NCBI RefSeq assembly: GCF_016432865.1
Contig: NC_067398.1
Coordinates: 654,968,001 to 655,032,000 of the forward strand
DNA: 64,000 nt
Reading direction: 5' to 3'
DNA from: Antechinus flavipes
Lineage: Eukaryota
The number at the start of each line of letters is the position of its first letter. Within the stretch, counting starts at the first letter, position 1. Below the pieces are notes generated by a model. That model did no database searches, was not told the origin of the DNA, and worked only from the letters and a program-made list of their open reading frames with translations. Position numbers and translations under genes: made by a program. Positions 32,700-43,803 of this stretch are shown piece after piece.

Positions 32700-33900
32700 T
32701 AACCTTAATGCCATCCCATATTTTCTAGAAAATTGAAACCCTTCAGACTCTTATCCTGCTAGCTCCTCTCCTACTTTCTTCAAACAATCCCAATTCTCTC
32801 CTTCCTTTGCTTAAAATCTCTCAATGGACCCTACTATTTCCTAATATCATCATATGATCCCCCTCCTCCCTTTCTCAGACAGACTCTTAGGGGAAAAAGT
32901 GTCTACATTCACTGTCATTGATTCTTACTTCACTCTCTCCTCAATCCTCTGTAATCTGGCTTCCAACCCCACCACTTGACTGAAACTGCTCTCTTAAAGG
33001 TTACCAGTGATCTTTTAAATTGCCAGATCCGATGGTCTTTTTTCATTGCCTTTTCTACCTTTTGGCTGCCTTCCATGCTGTTGACCATGTTCTCCTCCTT
33101 GATATGAGTATCCTTCAACATTTTGTTCTCTCTTGGGTCTCCTTACCTAATTGATCACTGGTTCTTGGACTCCTTTACTGGATCATTTTCCACATCGTGT
33201 TCCCCAAAGTGCTGTCCTTAATCTTCTCTCTTTACACTCTTTCACTTGGTGACATCATCAGCTTCCATGGAGTTAGCATCTTTATGCAGATGACTTCTAG
33301 ATCTATAAAACCAGCCCTAGCATCTCCCCAGTTCCCTCATGGATATTTCAAACTGAACATATCCAAAAGAGAACTTAATTCTTTCTCCCCAAATCTACTC
33401 TTCTGAATCTCTCCCTTTGTAATTCATCATCAACCTCCCCAAGACCTAAACTGGACGACTGTGAAGTTATCCTCCACTTCTCTTTCCCTCACCCCACATG
33501 CTCAATTAGTTGTTAAATTTTACCATTTCTACTTCCACAGCAATTCTTGTACCTGTCCCTTTCTCCCTGCTCACACACAGCTATCATTTTACTTTGAGCC
33601 CTCATCCCCTCTCAATTTATTTCAATGGTCTCCTATTTAGTCTCTTTTCCTCAAGTATCTTCACTTCATTCTTCATTGCTGCCAAAGAGATTTTCCTGAA
33701 GTGCTTATTCACAACATCACTCACCTACTCAATAAACCTTGAGGATGCTATTACCTTTAGAATCATATACAAATTCCAGTTGGCTTTTAAAGCCCTTCAC
33801 AATCTAGTTCCAGCCTATTTTTCCAGCCTTTTTCTTTTTATATTGCTCTCTTCCTGCATCTATTGGTGTCCTACCTAACTATCATCCATCTCTTTACCTT
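32700..33900 (+). mobile_element. L2 LINE 3' region
   Basis: Canonical L2 phrases (ctctggcttccaaccccaccacttgactgaaactgctctc, aaactgaacatatccaaaa, tggcttttaaagcccttcacaatct). Confidence 0.7.
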
Positions 33901-36900
33901 TGCAGACCCTCTGTTTGGTGTGCTTTTTCTCCTCACCTCTACCTCACAGAATCCCTCTCTTCCTCAAAAGGTAGCTCAAGCATCCATCATCTCCTATGGG
34001 AAGCCTTTGCTAATTGGTATAACTTCTAGGGTCTTCTATTTCAAGTTACATTGTATTTGCTTTATATTTACTATGTTAATATTTATTTTATTCTTACATG
34101 TGTACTTATCTCCCTTTTTACAATGTAATTGCATTATTGGTAAATATTTTCATTCTTGTCAATTAAGTGTTTTATTTATTGTGTTTTTTCCATTTAAAAA
34201 ATTCTGTTGTGAGGGTAGTGTCAAAACTACTCTATCCCATTTTAGCTTGATAAAGAACAATACTTAACTAAGAACATGTCTCAGTTCATCAAGACACTTT
34301 AGACAAGGTATCTTTGAATGCCATTGGATGAAATCTGTTCAATTGGCCATGGTATTTCATTGAGTTCTCTGCGTTCTGCATAAAAACATCATGTTAGCTG
34401 GTTAGTATCTGGGAGAATTCACCAGAAATTGGGGCATGTCCCTTTCTAGCAAGTCCTTGAGAAAGAACTGCCTGGAAGGAAAGGAAAAGTTCATCGTTTC
34501 AGCTACTGAGTAGTTCCCCTCCCTTCTGATTCAGACCAGAGAATGATCTGGATCTGATGGGTCCAGAGGATGTGGCCGTTCTGATCTTTCTATAAGCATC
34601 TTGAATAGGGTCCCCAAATCACTGATGGGTGTTTTGATGCATGGAGAGTCAAGGACAAATTGGACATAGATTCATCCATTATACTTTAGGGCATCTTCTT
34701 GTGCAGCCCACAGATGGAAATAAAGGGCTTTGAAGGAAATAAAGGAACTTGAAGATGTGAGTTATCTCCCTTTACCAAGTATACCTTCTAAGCTGGAACT
34801 CACTTTCCCTATATTCTCCCAGGCAGCTAGGTGACATGTTGGATTGGCCTAGAGTCAGGAAAACCTAGATTCAGCTCTTGCCTCCAGTAATTCCTAGGTG
34901 TGAGACTCTGGACAATTAATTTACCTTTATCAGATTCAGTAAAACAGAGATAATGATAGCATCTGCCACATGAGGCTGTTGTGGCAATCAACAGAAATAA
35001 CTTATAAAGCACTTTGAAAACAAAAAACTAAGTGAACACTAGCTTTAAAACTTTAGTAAATACCTCTTTCTACAAAGCTGCTTAAGGAGAGCTAACTAAA
35101 TTAATTCCTAATTGATACTCTTTAGAAGGAGGTTTGAAGGGTTGAGGAAGCAAACCAATAAATTATCCTAGAAACCTGAGGGACCTGAAGTCTGGGGACC
35201 TGACTCATCAGTAGGAATGGGAGATGGGGTAAGGATTTTCAGAGATTACATATAAACTTAACCAAAATCAACTACACAAGCGTTTCTATATACTCAGTAG
35301 GTTTGTCCATCAACTTGCCCATCTCTATTATATACAGCTTGCTTCTTTTTAAAAAGTCTAAAGTAAATTTATCAGGTGTCTTTCAAAGCTGTCTTGCCTT
35401 TCTGTAATTCCTTCTCTCCTTTTCTATAGTAAAATTTCCTTTTCTTTTTAGCAACACTATCTTGCTCTCCCCATCTCCATTCTCACCCCCTTCTGAATTT
35501 CTCTATTTGTAAGACACCATCAACCTCCACAAGATCTAAACTGGACAACCTCCTCTTCTCTTTCCCTCACCCCATATGCTCAATTAGTTGTTAAATTTTA
35601 CCATTTCTATTTCCACAGCAATTCTTGTACCTGTCCCCTTCTCCCTGCTCACACACAGCTACCATTTTACTTTGAGCCCTCATCCCCTCTCAATTTATTT
35701 CAGTGGTCTCCTATTTAGTCTCATTTCCTCAAGTATCTTCATTTCATTCTCCACTGCTGCCAAAGTAATTTTCCTTAAGTGAAGAAGAAGAAAAGTGCGA
35801 CTTTTGTAAGAAATATATGTAGTCAAGAAAAACAAATTCCCACATTCACTATCTGGAAATGTGTAATTCCTATTGAAACTTAAATCTTGGTCACTTCTTG
35901 GTCAGGATGTAGGTAGCATTCTTCATTATTGGCCCTCTGGAATTGTGGTTGGTGACTGTAGTGATCAGATTTCTTAATTTAAAGTTGTTTTACAGCATTA
36001 TTTTTTATAACCTGTCCTAATTCTGCTCATTTCACTATGTATCAATTTACACAAGTTCTCTTAGAATCTCCTTGTCATAATTTCTTATAGTGCAATAATG
36101 TTCTGTTACATTTACATGCCATAATTTGTTCAGCCATCCCCCAAATGACAGGTAACCACTTAGCTAAAAGTGTTGCTATTACTATTTTTATACATGTAAC
36201 GCCTTTTCCTCTTTCTTTGAACTTTTTGGGAATAGGCCTAGTCAATAAACAAAAATAATTTATTAAATGCTATGTGTCAGGCATTATGCTTAGAGCTGAG
36301 GGTACGAAGTAAGGCAAAAGTCAGTCTCTGCCCTCAGGGAGCTTAAAATATAATGGGAGAAATGACAAGCAAATAAGTATGTACAAACAGGATAAATACA
36401 TGATAAATTGGAAATAAAGAGGGAAAGCACTAGAATTTAAATAATAGCCTTTTATTTTCAAAACACATGATAGTTTTTAGCATTCATCCTTGCAAAATCT
36501 TGTGTTCCAAATTTTTCTTCCTCCTTTCCACTCCTTCCTCTAGACAGCAAATAATCCAATATAGGTTAAACATAGCACTAGAATTATTAAAAAGCTTTTG
36601 GAAAGGTTTCCTGTGAGAGGTGAGATTTTAATTGGAACTTAAAACAAGCAAAGGAAGCCAGTAGAGAGTAATGAGTTTAAAAAGCATTCCAGGCAGAGAA
36701 AATGTCCAAAGCCTAATCAAGTATCTTGTTTGTGGACCAGCCAGAAGGCCAGTGTTGCTGGACAAAGAGTATGTGGTGGGAATGATGCAAGGTATGAGAA
36801 ACTAGGAAAAGTAGTAGGATGGTTATGAAAGGCTTTGAATGCCAAAGAATTTTTTTATTTGATCTTGGAGATGATTGAGAGACACTGAAATTTATTGAGT

Positions 36901-37147
36901 TGGGGAGATAAGGTGAGATGGTCTGATCTGTGGATGTAGGAACATCCGTTTGATGGTTGAAAGGAGGGTGGGCTAGAATGGGAAGAGATTTGAGGCAAGC
37001 AGAATAGAAAAGGTGTCTTTTCCATGGCAGTCTCATAGTCGGGACAGTGAGAAGTCGTTAAGGTAGGAAAATCACCACTGTTTTCTCTCCTCTCTTAGTT
37101 TTGTCAGTTTTTCCATATCAGCTGTTGTTTTTTTCTTAATGATCTGG

Positions 37148-37917
37148 TGTGTCAAAATGTTGTGTTTTTCTTCTTTAAAATAATAGTTCTCTCTGGGAGA
37201 AAGCAGGTTTCTTGGGGAAGTTTTCTGGAGGCAGCCTTAGTTTTGGTCACCTAAAATGCATCCAGCTGGTAAAAATGCAAACTTTATTTTTTCCTTCCAA
37301 AACAGCCCGGTTAGTTGAGGGCTCTCTGCTTGGTTCCAAGAGCTCTTGCAGATTGTCCTTTGCTTCTGTCTCTGCTTTCTTCAGCCTCCAACCAGCCAAG
37401 TGGAAAATGGAATGAATCTCTCTTGCCTCGGACAGAGGGCTTGTGGGCTTCCTCCCAGAGTGCTCCTTTCCGACCCAGTCAATGTTCCGAAGTAACTCTC
37501 TCTAACACGAAGTAACTCTTTTCCGAGAGAGGGCTTCTGGCTGAATTCACTTGACAGTCCCCTCTCAATCTAATTCAGCTGAACTCTCTTGACAGGGCCT
37601 CTGTCTGCTTTTTATATCTGAGAGTGGGATTGTGGGTTTTCTCCCATAGTGCTGCTCTCTGGCCCTAAGAGCTTCAAGGGAGGTGTGAATTCGGATATCT
37701 CATACTAAACCCTGAAATCTCCCAAACGTGTTAACTCCAATGAGTAAAGGTGTGAACACAAGCATTGTATCAATTAGTTCTACTTAGTACCTTGTTTCAG
37801 ATTCTGGCCCAAAACAGCTCCTTGTAAGATCAGATCAATGATACTGAACCTTGCTAAATTAGATAATTATTGTCTCTATGAACTCTAATGATTTAACAAT
37901 TTGTAAAGATTCCAACA
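37148..37917 (-). mobile_element. Solo LTR (770 bp) with a 6-bp TSD
   Basis: TGT...ACA termini flanked by atctgg at 37142-37147 and 37918-37923. Minus-strand TATA (cttttatatc, about 37608-37617) and AATAAA (tttatt, about 37283-37288). Confidence 0.85.
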
Positions 37918-38122
37918 ATCTGGTCCCCATGCCCTTATTCCTGCCAGTTGCATTCAATATGAAAATTGTGTTAACTTAACAGAAATGTCTCTGGGTCAAA
38001 GGCAATGCTGTTGAGGGACTTTTAGCCATCATTCTAAACAGCTTTCCAAAATGTCTAGACCAGAGGTAGCAAGCATATTGTTGAGAGATTGAGGAGAGCA
38101 ATTGGCAACAAATGACACCAAC

Positions 38123-38675
38123 TGTTGGGGTTGGGGAGAAATTCACATGTGAAGAATTCTTAATGACTTTCTTCTTTGCTAAAAGGTAGGTTTATTTACA
38201 AGAAGAGATTATGGACAAAATGAAAAGGTAAAATAGGCACCAAGAGTGGCAAATATGAAACAGATTTGGGATAGCATCATAGTTAGCAAGGAAAGCGTTT
38301 TTACCAATAAAGGAAAAGAAGTTTCCCAGTGAAATTCCCAAGTAATAAGGAAAAAGGGAATATGCCATTGACTGGCAGGCTAAATCCAGACCAATTTAGC
38401 ACCTTAAAAGATCTGGTTATCTGTAAGAAGGAGAAAGACACCATGAGGCAAGGGGGAAGGAAGGGATAAGGAGAAAGACACTGAGACAGATTGCTGAGGT
38501 GGGATAACCCAAAAGGGTTTCAGCAAAGAAGGCATAGGCCATGGGCAGATTTATAGGGGAAATTTAGACTTGCAGGGGTTGACATAACTTGGCTTCCTGA
38601 TTGGATATGGTAAAGTGGGCTTACCTAAAACTTTCACAGGGGGTGGGACTTTAAAGTTGAGCTGATCCCCATCGG
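38123..38675 (-). mobile_element. Probable older solo LTR
   Basis: Starts TGTTGGGG, with a minus-strand AATAAA near 38190 and TATAAA near 38552. No TSD found and the right boundary is uncertain. Confidence 0.4.
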
Positions 38676-40519
38676 TGCCCTTCCATGCTTGGCTCCTGGA
38701 GTTATCTTATCAGTACTTCAAGCTTTCTCTGCCAGCCCTACCTAGTGACCCAGGACCTCAACACTGTAAATCTAGAAGCACTAAATAAATGCAAACTATT
38801 AGTATTAGTTGTATTACTATCATATCTATGTTTTCATGGATAGATTCCCAAATATTTTAAACATTCTGTACTAATATACAATGGAAATTCTATTTATAGA
38901 AATGGTTTATATGGATTTATGAAATTATGGCTTCAATTTATTACTAGTAATAGCTAACATTTATATAGTATCTATTATATGGCAGTTAAGTGACTTGATA
39001 AGGATCATAAAGCTATTATATGTCTGAAGCCAAATTTGAACTCAAGGGAAATTATTTAATTTCACTCTGCCTCAGTTTCTGCATCTACAAAATGGGAACT
39101 ATAACATCAAACTTACAGGTTACCGCAAGGACTAAACAAAACAATAGGTAAAACAATTGGCAAACCTTATAATACTTTGTTAATGTTAGCTACTGTTATT
39201 AAAATTGTTAAACTGTCACCATCTAATTCTCTTTACAATTTGATTAAGTTTTCTTTTAAGTATGTAAATGCTATGCCATTCAGTCAGCATATACACATAT
39301 ATCTTTACATATAGATTTTGGTTTGTTATCTGTGAGGCATTTAAGCTAAAAGTTTTTAGGAATCCATGATTTAAAAAAAGCCCTTGATAACTGCATTTTA
39401 ATATAATTTGTTTCCTTTTAAAATTCTATGTGTTTTACTTTATGAATTTAATATCATAATGCTGAGAAGAGATTCATAGCTTTCAGAAGAATCACCCTCC
39501 CCATCTCTTTTTCTCTTATCTGTTTTTCTTGTTGCCTTGACTAACACTCCAACTACCCCAATTTCAGTTCACCTGATGTATGATACATGATTCTCTGTAT
39601 TTGTTTCTGCAGAGCTTAGCATAGTGCCTGGCACATAGTAGACACTTAAGAATTACTGATTGATGAAAGAAAATCAGGGATTATAAAAGACACAGTTGAT
39701 AAGATAAAGCATTTCAGAAATACGGAATAAGCCGATCAGAGGAAGGGATGGGAGACATATACTGTTGTTTGGGAAGAACAGAATAAGGATAGTATGACTA
39801 GACTGGAATACATGAAGTAGATTAACGTATAATACTTTTGGAAAGGTAGATTAGAACAAGATTGGGAAGAGCTTTAAATGTTAAATAAAGGAGTTCATAT
39901 ATGATTCCTGTTGTTTGTCTTTCATTCTGGAAGAGGTTCATGAGTTGTAAGTAAACTGTATTTAAATGAGGGAGGGCTGCCTCACTTTCTCCTCCAGAGC
40001 CATCTATTATAACACAAGTGATTGCTTTTTACAATCACTCGAGTCAATCAGGACCCAAACAAAAATCAATTAGAGCTTGGCGTGGGACCTATTGTTGGCC
40101 AGTGAAAGAGTTTAAGTAGTTTGGTTTAAGGCTAGGTCCTTAAGAAATCTAGTTCTGCTTGTTTAAGCTCAGCACCAGTTTGTGTAAATCTTTCTAGGCC
40201 TTTCTAAAATTAGCTTGTGCATTATTTTTTTTTAATATAAAACAATAAGATTCCATTACTTTCTGATGGGTCTCTATTCATTTTCCAATTCTTTACCACC
40301 ACAAAAAGAGCTGCTACAAACTTCTCAGCAGTTCAGGTAATCCCAATAAACTTTGGATAGAAAATTGCCATCTACATTCAGCCAGAAAAAAACAAATCCA
40401 GCTGTTTGCAATTTTACTCTTTATATGGGTCTTCCTTCTCTGCAAATAAAAAAGTACTCTGGAAGAAAAAAATTTGGTTTGTAAGCTCCAAGGGGAGTTA
40501 TATGATCAAATTTTCTGGC

Positions 40520-41230
40520 TTCAGGAAAATCAGTTTTAGCAGCAGTGAGAGAATATACTGAAGGAGGGACCCCTTAGGAGGATGCTAAAATAATCTAGTG
40601 TTTTGGGACTTGAGCCTTAAGCTTAGGTATATAGACCCGGAAGTCATCTACAGAGAGATGATAACTAAACCTGTGGAAGCTGAGGAGGTTACCAAATGAT
40701 TGGGGATCACAATAGTTAGGGAACATGATATGAATGATGATCCAATGAAGGAAACTAAGAATTAGTGGTCAGTCAGGTAAGAGAACCAAGAAAGAATGTC
40801 AGAAAAGCTAAAAGTCATGAGAAGGTATCAAGGAGAAGAAGATGATCATGAATGTCAAATGCAGGAGATAGGTAGAGAAGGGTAAGGATTGAAAAAAAGA
40901 CCATCAGAACTGACAGTGAAAAGATTACTGGTGACATTGGAGTATTGAAGTCAGTCTCAGTAGTAAGAGGCAGTGAAAGTAGACAGCTTGTGATAGTATA
41001 TCTCCAGGGAATAGTAGCATCTATTGAAAGTTTTTAGGCTTGGGAGAGAATTAGACTTCAAGGTAGTCGGGGAGAAGCTAATAGAAAGGGAATAAAGATG
41101 AGCGTGGGACAGGAATGATTGAGATTGTAATATACTGGAATTGATGAGAAAGGATCTTGTGGGATCAAGGCCACATGCCCTTGGCCTTGCTCTCTCTCAC
41201 AGACTAGGGGAAAAGGGGGAGAGAATGAAG
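40520..41230 (-). mobile_element. L2 LINE fragment
   Basis: Purine-rich reverse L2 sequence (agaccatcagaactgacagtgaaaagattactggtgac). Confidence 0.55.
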
Positions 41231-41904
41231 GATGATGTCAGGGGATTGTGAAATGAGAAAACAGCTCTCAGTGAATGGCTTTCATTTTCTAATCACTTAT
41301 CTAATCAGCTGCTAATTCTTTGCGGTATCATCCCTTTCTCTTTACTCACCTGGTCACACTCCCTAATTTGGACCTTAATTCCCCTTCTCTTGGACTGTAA
41401 GAGCCTCCAGTGCCTTAATTGTCCCCATCCCTCCAATCCATTCTCCACATGGCTGCCATTCTCAAAGTGTGGGTCTGACCATGCTTTTCCCTACTAGATA
41501 AACTCCAGGGGTTGCCTATTACTTGTGGGATCCAACTCCTTCGTTTAGAATTTAAAACCATTTACAACCTGGTTCCAAATTATCTTTCCAACCTCATTAA
41601 ACATTTTTTTTCCTTGCTGAGGTAATTGGGGTTGTAACTTGCCCAGGGTCAACCTCACACTAAGACCCTTTGCACTAGCTCTCTCCCTATCCCTATCTGG
41701 AAATTAGTCCCTTCTTCAGTGTCACGGGCCACATTCCATATATACATGTGCCAGTGCGTGCATATTTGTGTAAGTATATTCCACAAGCAAGTACAGATGG
41801 GCTACATTACACATACACACCTTATGTGTGCATGTGTGTGATCATGTATGTATACATATGCATATAGACATACCTATACATACACATACACCAGTGTGTT
41901 TGTT

Positions 41905-42157
41905 GGGGCTCAGCTAGGTGGCAAAGTGGGTAGAGTGCTAGGCCTGTAGTCAAGGAAGGCCTGAGTTTAAATCCAATCTCATTTGAGTATTAGTTGGTGA
42001 CTTAGGCAAGTTATTTTATCCCATTTCCCTCAGTTTCCTAACCTGTAAAATTAACTAGAGAAGAAAATAGCAGGAAATAGCAAACCACTCCAAGATCTGT
42101 GCCCCCAAAAAACTTCATAAGAAGTTGGACAAGGCTGGAACAACTGAACAACAAAAT
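41905..42157 (+). mobile_element. MAR1-type marsupial SINE (MIR head plus RTE tail)
   Basis: Head ggggctcagctaggtggcaaagtgggtagagtgc; tail aaatagcaaaccactccaag...aactgaacaacaaaa. Flanked by degenerate (TA/CA)n. Confidence 0.75.
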
Positions 42158-43399
42158 ACGTTTATACATAAACACATACATTCCTTGTATATACTATGTA
42201 TATGTATGTGTGTGTATATATAGCTCAGGAATGTGTCCCATAACCTGAGCTTTTAGAAGAAAATAGATACACACACATATATACATAGGAAATGTATGAG
42301 TCATAGTTCATTGTTTGAAAGAATTCAAAGTGATTCTCTTAAAAATCACAATTTTATACCAAAGCCTCTTGCAAATTAGAAATGGTTAATTGGGGCTTAA
42401 ATAGCAAGCTACACGTCTACACAGTTGTAAATTATAAAAGAAAGCTAAGGAAGATCCGGAGACAAATAAGGTTTTTATTGCTCCACATTCATCAGTTAGA
42501 TTTGCAATTTTGATTAAACCCCGGGCTGTAACTCATCATTTCCCACACTTTGTCTTCTGGGGAGAAATTCTAGGGACAAGGGCCGAGGCTCCATCACATA
42601 TATGTAAACATATGGATAGAGGATATGTTCAAAAATATGTTTATATACACACTTATTTAATATAAACTTCTAATGGAATAGGTTTTTTAAAATGCATTTT
42701 TGTCTTTATATTCCCAAAGCCGATCTTGGCATATAAGGAGGTGTTAAATAAATTGCTCCTCGACTATTTTAACCTAGGAGCTATGGAGCGTTTTGGGTAG
42801 AGCCTGATGGGCTCTTAGGAATATTAATTTGGCATCCGAGCAGAGGACGGCCTGGGCTGGCCGGGATGTTAGAGAGAGGCGGCTCTCCCAGGGGTCCAGG
42901 CTTTCCCGTCAGTTGCCGTGTTATTTTTAGAAAGTGAGCTTTCCTCATCTATGAGATGAATAGCGTTTTTGCCCTGGTCCCTCGCAAGGAAGCCTTCTTC
43001 TGGGGAGGGGGAGGGGGCGGGCGCTGCGCTTGGAGACGGAGGGCCTGGGTTCGAGTCCCGCGCACCGTTCCTGCCCCCGTGAACAAGTCTCTCTGCACGC
43101 ATTTCTGCAGTATGTCCGTACGGGGATGGGGCCCAGGGTTCTCTGGGCTTGCCACGCTGCTCCCCGAAAGCACCACGAAAAAGAGAGCTCTCGCAACGTG
43201 TACACAGAGCGGCTCCAACACTTGGCAATGACCTTTGCTCCCGGAGCGCGTACTTTTCAATAGAACAAATGCTAACGGCGAGTAGCCAACCACGAGATGA
43301 GAGGCGGGCTCAGAGACCCCCCCCTGATAGACAATGGACTTTAGCCTATAGGCGGAGAAGGGGGAAGCCAGGGGCCCGCCCCCGCGGCTAGCGGCGTGG

Positions 43400-43803
43400 A
43401 TGAGTTTGTCTGGTTGCTAAGGCGAGGTTGGCTTCTAAAGTAAGCTGTTGGCGGTTGGAGGAGGAACGTTCGGTATCCCAGCCAATCAAGCGGGAGACTC
43501 TAGACATGGGCCCCAATCCACAAAGGAGGGACGGCATGGGTAGCACCATTGGTGGGAAAAGCCAGGGGAAAGAAACGGCACAACCGAGGACCCTTCCACG
43601 CACAACACGAGTGCACATAACCTTTCAATCGGGTTTCGCATTTCTTACAGTGTGTTATAGCCTTCCCTCGGGCACTGCCGTCCTTTCTCCCCGGGAGGCC
43701 ACGTGGCAACAATAACGCTCCATCACTAATCCCCCCATTCCGAAGAGGACGCCGGTAGTTTGTGCAGCGGTCGGGTCACGTGAGCCGGTTCCAAGATGGC
43801 GGC
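43400..43803 (+). promoter_or_regulatory. GET3 CpG-island promoter
   Basis: RFX X-box-like GTTGCTAAGGCGAG at 43413-43426, CCAAT near 43483, CACGTG at 43700-43705 and 43777-43782, and YY1 CAAGATGGCGGC at 43792-43803 overlapping the ATG. Confidence 0.65.

Noticed and set aside
34280-34770. Non-TE-looking stretch with splice-like sites on both strands
   Set aside because: No consistent frame or recognisable protein.
43040-43065. Possible tRNA gene (GGTTCGAGTCC)
   Set aside because: No A box or cloverleaf. The flanks match a MIR head.
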